NCBI GenBank assembly: GCA_964234715.1
Contig: OZ174278.1
Source: Podarcis melisellensis
Lineage: Eukaryota
Length of the DNA stretch: 64,000 bases
Direction: 5' to 3' (one strand)
Made by a program: the position numbers and the translations under genes. Within the stretch, counting starts at the first letter, position 1; every line of letters starts with the position of its first letter. The notes below the pieces were generated by a model. The model saw nothing but the letters and a program-made list of their open reading frames with translations. It was not told the DNA's origin and did not search any database. This document shows positions 13,040 through 25,300 of the stretch, piece by piece.

Positions 13040-13632
13040 TGTTACAAAAGTTGGGTGCCACCCTCACTCACTGTCGAGCGATAGCAAGATCCCAGGGGGG
13101 TTCCAGACAGTCACCCAGGGTCTGTGTTCCTTTGAAGAATTGAGACACGACGGAGACTGTAATAACTTGAAGAAATATGGTACCTGTTTACACCTTCTGA
13201 CTGCATGGAGGGAAGCCAGATCTTACAGCATGGTTATTTCAAAAGGGGCTTAACCCCCACAGCAGTGCAGCCATGGAGTTCAAAGCATCTCTTCCTGCCA
13301 GCCTTCAGCCATCCTTCCCAAGATGTATCCTAGTCTTTTTCTCTTCCTTCTTCCCAGAACACTCTCTTTTCCTGTCACCTCACACCCAGTTACCATGGCA
13401 AGCTTCCAAACCCATCTCTCTTCACACCTCATTGCTAGGGGGGGAGGACAGTTCTCTTGCATTGCCAATGGCTCTCAATGGCCCTGCATTGTTTCTTAAT
13501 AGCCAGGCCATTTTGCATAGGCTAGCTCAGGAATTCCTCTGCGGCTTGTATTTCTCCCTTCATGCCCCAAATAATCAAAATCCTACCATTTGTAAATTTC
13601 TAGGGTTTAGCCTCCGCCCCCTATCTATAACA
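13040..13632. mobile_element. Solo LTR (Gypsy/ERV-like), 593 bp
   Basis: TGTTA...TAACA termini with a 4-bp target-site duplication ATAT (13036-13039 and 13633-13636). Interior is GC-richer than the flanks. Confidence 0.75.
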
Positions 13633-16255
13633 ATATTTTTGTAGTTTGTTTAGTTCCCGGGTTTCTTCTGTCTTTCCTAAGACAATCTACTTAAACCCTA
13701 AACAACCCAGACATGAAATTCCTGAAAAACTGCCTTCTTCCCTACAGACTATCTTGGATGGGGCCCCTTTGTACAGCCTTCAGTGGCTGCACACTCACTG
13801 TGGCAGCTTCTGAGCTGTGGAATTCCCCTCCTCTCAGTGGTGCATCTAATTACCTTCATTATATAGTTTTCATTGTATGCTGAGGACAAACCACCATGCA
13901 CACCCACCCCTTCTTTTGAAAGTATTTTGAAAATTACTCTGGAATTCCATATGGCTCAGATCAGCATGCCCTGTCTCACCTATCAGCTGCTGTAGCTTTT
14001 AATACAGAGTTGGTTGCAAAACATGCACAAGCCAACCACCATTTATTTTCCCTGTCCCCTCATTCAGGAAAATATATTTCCTTAATATTTGTTATATTAT
14101 AAATATAGGTTCCTATTAAAACATTTATTATAGAAAAGGACTCCTGCTGTGTTCAGCATTCCTTGCTTGTGTGTGTGCTCTTTCTCTACCAGTGCCGCAA
14201 AGTAGCAATCACTCTTTGCTGCTTCTCCTGGTGAGGTGTGGCCTTCCAGGAAACAGCTCTAAGCATCCTGAGATCACATATCCTGAGGCAGACCTGCTAA
14301 TGTCATACAAGGACTATCTGTGTGCTGTAGCTGTATGTTAGCTCCTGTGTCCTGCTCTCGTGACAACAAGAGTGGGTGGGAAACTTCTTGTGCAAACACA
14401 AATAAAATGCTTTATTAATAATAATAAAAATTGGTTCTTCTAACTGGAGACAGTTGGGATGGACAGGGATTTGATTAGACTTGGCTGAGCAATGCTGTTG
14501 ATGTAAAATGGAAGGCTAAGGAGTATATGAGACTGGAAGGAATGTTTTTGTGAAGATCTACATTTTTTTTTCTTATCATTCCCCTTGGCAGGGCAATATT
14601 GTGGCTTGTACTATGTACCATCCAGCCACCACTGCCTATGAGATTCATCTGAATTCAGCCTATCAGCATCTTAGAAAGTGTTTGTTGCCTTTTATGAGAA
14701 CAAATCCTATATAAAGACCAGTGGATGCAATTGATTTTAGTTCGGGCGAATGATTGTTTCTTACTTGACAACACTGACATTGTATCTATGGCCAATTTTC
14801 CATATGCATTCCTTACCATCTGGTGGTGAACTTGCTACTATAAGAAATAACAATTCCCAAAGAAAATGAAAGGAAGCTAATTCAGCTGTCTCAACAGACT
14901 GCACGCAATGCCTTTTTGTGTGTGAAACTCATTATTAAAACATGTTCCAAACATTAGTTAAAACAGTTGGGTTGCAATCTGTACCTAATCATCAATTTAT
15001 GGCTTATCACACCTCACGCAACTAAAGGAAGTATCACAGTACAGGGTTGCATAATTCCACATCTGATTGCTTGGAATGATGAATATGGCCAATATGCGAT
15101 ACATTATGCCTACATTTCCTGGGACTTTATGGTTATACCACCGTTTTTACTCTTTATGCTTATGATCCAATATGGTATCTACACACGGAGCTGTTTTCCC
15201 CCCTTTGTAACATAGCATTTTCTACTATAATTTTTATTTCCAGTTTGGCTTCTTTCCCAAAAAAATTCTTAAAGAATGTCACAGTGTAGAACTAATAGCA
15301 CTGAATAGCACTGTTGGAAATACATCATCTAACTCTCCTCACCCCAAAAGCTGTGTAAGATGTGTGACCACTTCTAGGAAGATACAAATTCATGAATTCT
15401 TTTCATTTTCATATAAGGTCTCTAAATTTGCATTAAGTCATAATTTATCATTAATCACAATCCCTGTATTTCAAGAGCCATGAAATTTGTCTTTCTAGAA
15501 TTCCATATATAGTCACAAAAGGTACTATTTCAATATGAATATTTTGCACAATAGACAGCTACTGTGCTTTAGAGCTCCCATTTTAACTATTAACTCATTT
15601 CACACTGAAGTGGTTCCTTACAGCCCATGCTATATTCCACAGGAAAGTAAAATTTACAGCTGACTCTAAAGATTTGCAATCCAGGCATGCTTTCATTTGC
15701 ATAACGATCAGAAAGCAACCTTGAAAAGTTACTAAATCTACTTGGGTCATTAACAATGGTATTTCATGAAATACTTCCTTAGACTAGCTTTTTACTCACT
15801 TGGTCAGATGTGCATTTGCTCTTATGTTCAGTCCTTTTGTGCTTCTATATTACCCATTAACTTCAAATAGACTTTTAAAATATTTTGTCTTCTATGCCTG
15901 GGGATCAACAAACATATCAGCAAACATATTTCGGGGACCAAAATGCGTAGACAGAAGAAAACTGAAGAACCAAAAGACAGGGAAACATGAGTGCCTCAAG
16001 AGGCTTTTGCTGTGGATTTCCTTTCTAGTTTCCATATGGGAGTTGATAATGGCTCGCAGTAATGGACCTTTATTGTAATGGAATGCTACAAAGGCACTTT
16101 TTCAAATTTCCAGTGCCTTCAACTAAGACAGCCTTAAACATATACCAGTTCTTTAAATTACATACATTTGACATAACAAGTGGCAGGCTACAATGGGCTG
16201 TTCGTACAGGCTCCTTCCATTTTTAGTGTAGACAACCATAACCTGGGAAACTACA

Positions 16256-16641
16256 GGGAGCGAGTGGCATTGTGGTCTAAACCACTGAGCCTCCTGGGCT
16301 TGCTGATCAGAAGGTTGGCAATTTGAATCCGTGTGACAGGGTGAGGTCCCATTGCTCAGTCCCAGCTCCTGCCAACCTAGCAGTTCAAAAGCATACCAGT
16401 GCAAGTAGATAAATAGGTACCATTATGGCAGGAAGGTAAACAGCATTTCTGTGTGCTCTGGTTTCTGTCACAGTGTTCCGTTGCGCCAGAAGTGGTTTAG
16501 TCATGCTGGCCACATGACCGGAAAGCTGTCTGTGGACAAACGCCAGCTCCCTTGGCCTGAAAAGTGAGATGAGTGCCGCAACCCCATAGTCACCTTTGAC
16601 TGGACTTAACTATCCAGGGTCCTTTGCCTTTTCTTACCTTT
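16256..16641 (+). mobile_element. Sauria SINE, full length
   Basis: Diagnostic CCTGCCAACCTAGCAGTTC...GTGCAAGTAGATAAATAGGTAC core and ACCTTT-type tail. TSD ACCTGGGAAAC (16241-16251 and 16642-16652). Confidence 0.92.
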
Positions 16642-16669
16642 ACCTGGGAAACCCCTAACATACCTGGAT

Positions 16670-16890
16670 ATTGCAGGATATAATGGACTTAAGTTACAGG
16701 AGAGTTGATTTTGTTTGATCATTAGTAGAAGCTTCTTGACAGTTAAGAACACTTACCTAGAGGGGTAATCGAGGCCTTCAGGCAGAGGCTAGATACCCAT
16801 CTATAGGAAATGCTTTAGTTCTGGATTTCCTGCATTTAGGATGGGATTTAACTACATGGCCTACAAAGTCCCCTTCAACTCTATCATTCT
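16670..16890 (+). mobile_element. CR1 LINE 3' fragment, decayed
   Basis: AAGTTACAGGAG...TTCTTGACAGTTAAG...CCCTTCAACTCT matches the CR1 3' end pattern seen at 44360-44590. Confidence 0.65.
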
Positions 16891-17277
16891 GGAGTCCAGT
16901 GGTCCTACAGAGTAGGTAAGCTATATGCTAAACATCTTCTGGAAAAGCTTACCCAGTAGATGTCCCAATCTGCGTTACCAGGCCCTGAGCAGGTGGGCTT
17001 TTGCCAGGGAAAAACCACCTTGGCTGCCTGTGACCCCATGCACTCTGGCCACTGCTTGGAGAGGGTGCAGGCACCGGGCTTTTGTAAAAATATTTTAAAT
17101 TGTAAACCATAATTTGAAGAGCTCAATATAAACTTTATTTAGAGTAAATTAGCAGATGTATTTAACATCTTACCAATAGAGTTTAGTTTACATGAAGTTA
17201 ATATTTTTATTTGCCATACAGAATCCCAACAATCCATAATATGAAGTTGTGTAAATCTATTTTTTCCCTTTTGCACT

Positions 17278-17362
17278 GCTATCTTATACATGTCTACTCA
17301 GAAGTAAGCCCCATTGAGTTCCAGGGGGCTTATATTCAGGTAGGTGGCTATAAGATTACAGC
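17278..17362. repeat. Short imperfectly palindromic dispersed repeat (MITE-like), representative copy
   Basis: TACTCAGAAGTAAGCCCCATTGAGTTCCAGGGGGCTTA...GATTACAGC. Related decayed copies near 2170, 7075, 11200, 19920, 21600 and 26211. Confidence 0.6.
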
Positions 17363-17502
17363 TTTAGGGGAGAATTATAGTTAAGTGCAAGTATTTCCAT
17401 AAGACAATATGTTCTCCTTCTCATCCCCTTGCACACTCTTACAGGGGTTCATTATACACACTCACCCACTGAGCCGTTGGGGCGCAGGGGGGAGAAGCGG
17501 AG

Positions 17503-17756
17503 AGAAGAAGAAGAAGAGTTTGGATTTGATATCCCGCCTTTCACTCCCTTTAAGGAGTCTCAAAAGCAGCTAACATTCTCCTTTCCCTTCTTCCCCCACA
17601 ACAAACACTCTGTGAGGTGAGTGGGGCTGAGAGACTTCAGAGAAGTGTGACTGGCCCAAGGTCACCCAGCAGCTGCATGTGGAGGAGCGGGGAAGCGAAC
17701 CCGGTTCCCCAGATTACGAGACTACTGCTCTTAACCACTACACCACACTGGCTCCC
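17503..17756 (-). mobile_element. Squam3-type tRNA/CORE SINE, full length
   Basis: The reverse strand starts GGGAGCCAGTGTGGTGTAGTGGTTAAGAG (A box), has a GGTTCGC B-box-like motif and the CORE-like GCTGGGTGACCTTGGGC, and ends in a (CTT)n tail. Confidence 0.88.
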
Positions 17757-18707
17757 AAGGGGAGGACTTGTACTGACTCCTGCAACTGTTTAGCTGAATC
17801 TGATCCTTTAATCTGTTTTTAACTATATGTAAAAGCTAACTAGGGTGTACCTTTCATTAGAGGAAGTTAAATCAAAAGAATTACCTGGGCCCCTTTAATA
17901 TTAAAATGTTTTCCACAACACCAGATCTTGCTTGTGACTCCAATTTTTATTCTTCCTGATCTCATTAAAGTTCCTTAGTACTTCTGAGATACTAAGAGAA
18001 AGAGAGCACAAAGCAATAGTATAAAGTCATACACAAAGAAGAGAGGCCAGTTCTGTTGAATGGTGTCTGAGATAAGGAAGGAGTTATCTTTAAGATAGCT
18101 GTTATAGGGTTCCTCACATGTACAACTGATAATAAAGAGAGTGATCAGTGTCTAACCTTTGAATCAGTTGTGTTCAGCAGCATGTTAAACAGCTAGCTAT
18201 TTTATAGCATACTTCATAACTGTATCATTGTTAGCTAATTAATTAAACTGATATGGTGTCTTGCTTTGACCTCCATGGGAGATATTGCATTTCTCATTTC
18301 CTGCGGCATTAATATTTTTATAAGCTTGTTTAAAGCTTTGCTCTTTGGCTTTTTCCTTATTCATCTAGGTCCATCTTTTTAAAACTGTTTTCCCCTTGCC
18401 TCCCCACTAATAGAACCGAGAATGAGTGAAAGAAGGATTTGCTCTCTCTATCAGAGTCTTAACAGGGTCTAAAACAAACCAAGAACTAATCAGAAGCTGG
18501 AAGGAGCAACTACCAAGGCCACCCCATCTACCCCAGCAGGTTTTTGCAAACCTGGCTTCTTTTAAGAAAATGTGAAACCAAAATATATAGGTATAGAGTG
18601 CCCTCCCCCAACCTGCCCACACAAGAAAAAGAAAATGGAAAGGAAATTAGAAACCCATTTTAGTAGTAAAGTTCATCAGACTGGGTGATGGAAAGAATCT
18701 TCAGAGG

Positions 18708-19321
18708 CAGTGGCATCACAAGGAGGGCAGAGAGGCGGTGTGCCCCGGGTGCTATGTTGGGGGGGTGACAAGAAGGCACTCTGCGGGGTGCTCGCCCCGC
18801 TGCCCCCAGGCACGGCGGTGCAAGCAGCCATCGCACCACCGCAGCTGCATGTGGAGGATCCTCCATTCTATGTACAACGTTCTATGTACAACCGCTATGT
18901 ACAATGCATTCACGGTGTCACACGCATCCACTGTACGTAGCAACGCTGCACATGCGCTGTGCATAGTGGTTTGCAACCGGTGCCACCCAAGCGCCGTACG
19001 GACAGTAATGGGATGCCTTCATCGCCGCTACAGCTGCAAGCGGAGGATCCCCCTGCAGCCGCGAGGAGAGGATCGCGCCACTGTCTGTACGGCGCTCGTG
19101 CAGCACTGGCGGCAAACTACTACGTACAATGCATGCACGGTGTCGCGCACATGTGCGCTATGTAGCAACACCACACATGCGCCCTATGTAGTGATGTCAC
19201 GCATGTGTAGTACATAGCGACGCTACACATGCGTCGTACATAGCGACGCTACACGTGCGTCGTACATAGCAGCGCAATGCATGCGCAGCCCCGGGTGTCA
19301 GTTAGCCTTCGTTCGCCCCTG
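18708..19321. mobile_element. CpG-rich non-autonomous hAT-like element with internal repeats
   Basis: Degenerate TIRs CAGTGGC... / ...GCCCCTG and an 8-bp TSD TTCAGAGG/TTCAGAGT (18700-18707, 19322-19329). Abrupt GC/CpG rise. Internal 26-bp tandem repeat at 19211-19270. Confidence 0.7.
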
Positions 19322-19469
19322 TTCAGAGTCTGGAAATGCTTGCATCAGCAGATACGAATTTTACTAGTTCACAAATTCTTCTCCAAGCAGATAGTCTCCA
19401 TTATTTTTGACATTCCACTCTCTAATCATCAAGCCCCCAAACAGCTGGTACAGGCTCCCTGCATGTGGT

Positions 19470-19630
19470 ATCTTCCTAATCCAACCCCCTGCAATGCAGG
19501 AGTCTCAGCAAAAGCATCTATGACAGATGGCCATCTGCTTAAAAACCTCCCACCACATCCCAAGGGAGTCCGTCCCCCTGTCAATAGCTCTTATTGTCAG
19601 AAAGTTCTTCCAGATGTTTAGTCAGACTCT
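19470..19630 (-). mobile_element. CR1 3' fragment
   Basis: TCCAACCCCCTGCAATGCAGGA...GACAGATGGCCATC...GTCAGAAAGTTCTTCC is the reverse of the CR1 3' end and resembles 33010-33150. Confidence 0.7.
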
Positions 19631-20866
19631 TCACCCTGATTGCATGGAAGAGTCTACAAAAGTAGAGGCCCCTGTCAAACTTTCCAATGAGCACAGATAG
19701 GTGCAGTGCTGGACCCCGTTACACACATTACATGCCGATGGAAGGTGTGAGAGGTGCTTCAGTGGAGCCTGGAAGAAAAGGAGCAAGGAATGTAGGCAAT
19801 AAATAGCATTTCCTTAACTTTTCTGGTTTAGGTGAACCTTTACTTCACACAAAATAAAAGAAATAAAGGCTGGATCAATTCATTCTTCTAGGTCTAGCAC
19901 ATGTTTCCCAGGTTCTGTGGACAATTACTCAGAAGGAAGTCCCATAGAGTTCTGCAGGATTTACTCCCAGAAAATGAGAAATGTTACAAAACGTTAATTT
20001 CAGGCTCAGAATATTGATTCTGGTAGTTCAGATTGCTTACCTTCCATATGAGTAATATTCCTTGAATATTATCACTCTAGCTTGGGTTTTAATTCTACCT
20101 ATAGAACAGAATAAAAGAGTTAGATGGGTCCTTGAAGTTCAGCCTTCAGCTAGATAGAAAATAACTTCTTCCTCTTCACTTTTCTGCTGTTCCTGGATTG
20201 GGTGGAGGTATTTTTTTTCCTTCTTTCTCTTTTTTCCTTCTGTTCTCTGGTGCATGGAAAACTATTAGGGCAGGCCCCTAGTATTTTAACATTTATTTCT
20301 ATTGTGTTTTGGCTATGCACACATTTATGGATCAAAACACAGTGAGGTTATTTTGTAAGCTGTGCTTCAGGTTGCAGCATCTTACTGTAAACATCAGTAC
20401 ACTTTGATGTGTTTCCACATTGCATGCTGTCAGTCCACTCTAGTGGGTACAAAAGAAGTAGGGATATCTTCCCCCTTGCAAATTGCCTGGTTGGTTTCCT
20501 ACTACAGTTTTCAAGTCCAATCAAAGCTGGCTTTGGGGGAAATGGATCAGAATACAGTATTTCACATGTAACTCTCCATCCTGGATAATGTTGTGTGTAC
20601 ACAGATTCAAAAATCAGTAGTGGGAGTGCACTGGAGCCACAGTAAATGGTGATGTTTACACAGCCCTTGTTTTTCACATTTGTGGGCTCACATTTGTGGC
20701 AGGTGAAATAAGGTGCTCATGGGGGGAAAGCCAAATTGGAATTCGTTTTTGTCACAGTTATAGGATATGACAAATCTTGTTATATTTTCCTTATATGTTT
20801 CCAGTTATTTCGTGAGGAAGGAAGTTAGTTAAAAAGAGGAAGTCTATGCTTTAGATATTTGTATTC

Positions 20867-20892
20867 GTGTGTGTGTGTGTGTGTGTGTGTGT
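20867..20892. repeat. (GT)n microsatellite
   Basis: 13 units. Confidence 0.97.
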
Positions 20893-22230
20893 ATTTAGCT
20901 TGAGTTATCAGTTATGCCTTTGAAGCTAGAAAGATTACAGGGTCCTTCCTTTTTGTGCTGACACTCCACTTGAAACACTGTTGATAACTTCCAGGGTGAG
21001 CTTGATGAAATACTGCATTAATACTAATTACACTATGTTTTTGGGTGAAAGATGACCTTGATACAATCTTGGTTGCAATATTCCTTAGAACAAAAAGATA
21101 GTGGCAGCATTGACACAGTATGACCTTGAATATCTTGTTTACAAGAAAAGTCAATTATAGCAAACAATGTATTTCTGTGTTTGTTGATTTAGCAGCTTTA
21201 TTCAATTCCACGGTATTTGGTGCTGATTTCTAGTAGCCCATCCTTCCTACAATAATCTTCACATGAAACAGCCTCATGCTCATCTTAATAATAAACTGCT
21301 TCAGAAATATGCTTTTTCATTTCAGCTTTTAAAAGGGGAAGTTTTGCAGCAGACTTGCCAAAACAGACCAAATGTAGAGTGATACGCAGCAGTATTCTCA
21401 CTAAATTTGGCAACCAGAACATATACTTAAAGTTTAAAAGGAGAATAGTTTTGCCTTCATGTATTCCCCCTTTTTAAATGTTATAATTTACTTAGATTTC
21501 TTATCCACAAGGTCCCAGTTAAAACAAAAAGAGTTAACCAACCTTAGTACAGTACTGAACTAAGACCAGGACATAGTTGGTTGATTTTAATGTAGTATAT
21601 CATAACAGCCACATCTACATATTACATTTGCACAGGCTAAAAATGCCTTACTTGAAGACCTATCCTATGCATCCTTACTCCCAAGTAAGTGTCACCAGTT
21701 CACAATCGACAGCCCTGGGCTAAATGAGCCACTACGTTCAGCGAGACTTACTTGTGATTGTAAAACTAAATTACAGCTAAAAGTCTGTTTTTAAAAATCT
21801 AGTCCACACCTTAAATGAGTTTCCTGAAGTTAACAGAGTTAGAAAAAAATCTGACTTCATTCACAAATAATAGCAAACCACAAGTTTGCACTATGAGCAC
21901 AAGTCATAGCAAGCCTTGGGTTCACATACTCAACCTCTCCCTCACCTTCTGATGCAGCCAGGAGGAGTTGTGAAGTTTTTGTTTCCATTTTAGACTAATT
22001 GAAATTAATAATTTTATTATTTATATGCTATCCATCTAACTGGGTTGCCCAGTCACTGGGTAGTGATCAGCGCAGCTTGTGATGTGAAACTGGCTCAATT
22101 TAACCAACCATAGTTAAGAATAACTACCGATTCTGTTTTGGTCATAGTGTGTGCATTTGGTGTGGTTACTTTGTGTATTTTTCCTGGTCCTGTGCTGTTG
22201 AACGCTCCCTTCTCTTTCACAGCAACAGTA

Positions 22231-22260
22231 TCTCCCTCTCTCTCTCTCCCTCCCTCTCTC

Positions 22261-22316
<56 letters not shown>
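22231..22316. repeat. Compound (CT)n(GT)n microsatellite
   Basis: Long CT tract joined to a GT tract. Confidence 0.95.
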
Positions 22317-25300
22317 AGTGAAAGAGAAAGATTGTATGTTCTCCACAATTTAGACCTAACTAACTTCCCATGATAAGCCTGACTACGTATATACTCAGCA
22401 GCCACGGTGACCTGTGCCATGACATGTCCTCCCCTCACCATGGCAGACATTTGGTGACTGGTACTAGCTGGTCCAAACATGTTGGTGACCCCTGATATAA
22501 AGCATGTGTTCTGTCACTGGGCTATTTTCCTATTCAAATAATTGATTCTGAGTATTCCAACTGAGAGCCACTCCTTCCTGTTTCTCATGAGGTTGTGTTT
22601 TTTACTGTTTGCATGTAACACAAGCAGATCCCCCTATGTGGTAGGCAAAGCCACCATGGATGGAATTTACCACCTTAAAAAAAGCTTGTGGAATTTATGA
22701 AACTTTTGCAAATTTGATTACAAGTAATCTAACCCTGCTGTGAATTGGATAGCATCAATCTGGAGGTGTGTGTAGAATTAATTGTTCTTTTAATCAAGGA
22801 ACCTCCCCTCATTTACATCGCTGTAAAAAATTCTCTTTCTTCCCTCCCTTCCCTAGACATGTTTTAAGTCTTTTTCATACTTCTGTCAAAGTTTCTGCAT
22901 TTTTTAAAAGCCTCTCTGATTCATCCTCCCTAAATAATTACCACCTTGTGTCTCCCCTTCCCATATATAATTATAATTTCTTAGAAACATTGTTCTTTGG
23001 GTCTATTAATTTATTTTAATTAATTCTTGTCGTGGTCTTTTCCAGTCTGGTTCTTATTCTTTGTGTTTTACTGATGTGGGCCTTCCTAACTTAACTTGTA
23101 GTCTTTCGTAGGCTAAACTGCAGACTTGTTAAACTCTTTAACTGCAGGCTACAATTGGAAAAAGACTTTGTAGGGAGTGAGTCCCATGGGAGTAAACCTG
23201 TACAAGATAGAACTGTTAGTGAGGTGTAGAAGCTTGAGAGTTGGATTAAGACTAGAACAACCTGGGCTTAAAGCTTAGTGGGTGACCTTAGGTCAATGTT
23301 TCTCAGCCTGACCAACCTCAACAAGGGGGTTAACTACACTATCATTCATTTATTATTTTTGTAACTGGATTTTGTTATAAAGACCTTTTGTTTTAAGAGG
23401 ATAATCTGCATCTGTACCACTTCACTACTACTCTTTTGTGTTGAAACTCTTTTATGGTTTCTGCCAATGCTTCCTGAATGTCTGCTCTTCCCACCACCTG
23501 CCAGACTTAACCTAGATAAAACTCTCATTAATTAATTTGTTTCATTGCATTCTGTGTTTCAAATAAAAAAGAAGTTATTGGGTTATTTCAAATAACATAG
23601 AAGTTATTTGATTGTTTTCAATTATTTAGCTCTCTCCTTTTTTATTCTGGAGAATCAAGTTTAAATGTGTTATTCATATTGAATTTTTCAACTTTAATTC
23701 AAGGCACAGTTTGAGTGGTGCCTTTTAAACCAATAAGTTAGTGCACCAAAATGAGACACAAGTTAATAATAATATAAAAGAAAACTAGGTTAATTCAGTT
23801 CCTTTATTAATCTTACCATGCCAACTACGTTTCCTTGCATCACACATACATTTTGTAACCACAATTTGCAATAATTTTAACATATTTGGGAAGGCTGCAT
23901 TGGTCTTAGAAGCCTGATCTGTTTTCTCGATCTATATTCCAGCGCTTTATAGAATAAGCAACCAAAGAGTGGACAGTGTATCAGAACTCGCTATGCGTGA
24001 CTGCCTTCTGGGCAATTGAAAACCAGTAGTTTGCTTCTCAGAGTGCAGCAGCATGCTCGTGCATTGCCAATCCATTTCACAGACCTCCAAGTTACCAAAG
24101 TCTATGAAATTTTTGGACCCTGTAGCTCCTGATTTTGCTTTAAAGCATCTGTTCCCAATATTTCCAGGCTTGGAGTGATGAAAAGAAATGAGTCTTTCAT
24201 AGCCATTGGCTTTGGCTATTCTCCATTGCCTGACACTCTGCCAAATACTTTCCAAGAGTTGTTATAGACTCGCAATGCCTTTGGGACTTTTGGTTGTATA
24301 ATACATCCCTTGAAGCACAGCGTGATTGTTGGGGTTGCTGGCAGCAAAGTCTTAGGGAACCAATTTGCTAATTGTTTGAGTGTGACTGAGGCATGTACTT
24401 CTTTACTTCCGGGCACATTAGGGCACTGACCTTTCAGAATGGCCCAATGGTTTCTGATGCTAAGTTCTTTGAAACTATTGTGAAAATTGGACTTTAGCTT
24501 TCAGCATATTGTCAACATGAAAGAGAGAAACAGAAATAAGCAGGGAAATTCTGTTTACTGCTGTGTGCGCTATGTGATCAAAATGCAATGTTCTTTTATC
24601 AACTGGAACAGTTATAATCCATCACTTTTGAAAGAAGATAGTGGGCAATGCTGATCCCACTGTATTACCAAATAGTCAAATAGGTAATACAAACAGAAAC
24701 TATTTTGTCAAATAGTTGCAAATAGAAACTATTTTGTCATTTTTAGTTAGCTTGTTTGTTTTTTAATATTGCTGACCTACAGCAACAGGATCTTTTGTTT
24801 TAAAAATAAACATGGATATAGGTGCAAAGCAATCTGCTGATGGATTACCTGTCAGGCACTCACTGATGCAGACCAGTACTTGTGTGTATTTTCCCATTCT
24901 TTCAACAATTGAGAGCAAAATGGTGTATAACTAGCAGTAGACAAGCTCTGTGACACTGGAAATAGTGCCTACATAGATGAAGATCACAAAAGCCTTCATT
25001 TTCCAGGGTGTCTAAACTATATCAATTCTCTTAAATGTTTGTGGACCTGACCAATAGCTTCAAAGAGCTTCCTTCCTCTCAAGGAAGTGAAACTTCTCTT
25101 GAAGTAGATCTAAGTGGTTTACGAGTGGCTTCTCATGTGAGATACTCCTCCACAGCAATGCATTGCCTTTTCAATAATAACTTTTATTAAAAGCAGACAC
25201 AGACACAAAACCAATTTTCTTTGGATAGTGTGTGTTCCAGCTCTCCAGCATTCTTAGAGGAGAGAAATGGTCTAGAACGGACACTGTTTGTGATCCAGTC

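Noticed and set aside
15426-15702. Pair of octamer ATTTGCAT sites
   Set aside because: The octamer recurs several times in this AT-rich window with no other supporting structure.
18841-18858. 18-nt identity GCAGCTGCATGTGGAGGA with the Squam3 SINE at 17669-17686
   Set aside because: The element has its own related internal repeat (CAGCTGCAAGCGGAGGATCC at ~19031), so CpG decay or chance explains it; the similarity does not extend.
18660-19217. Overlapping ORFs up to 159 aa as a novel gene
   Set aside because: Explained by stop-codon scarcity in the GC-rich hAT-like element.
24695-24739. 16-bp direct repeat AGAAACTATTTTGTCA, and a similar 14-bp repeat at 41844/41871
   Set aside because: Simple local slippage or repair duplications with only two units.
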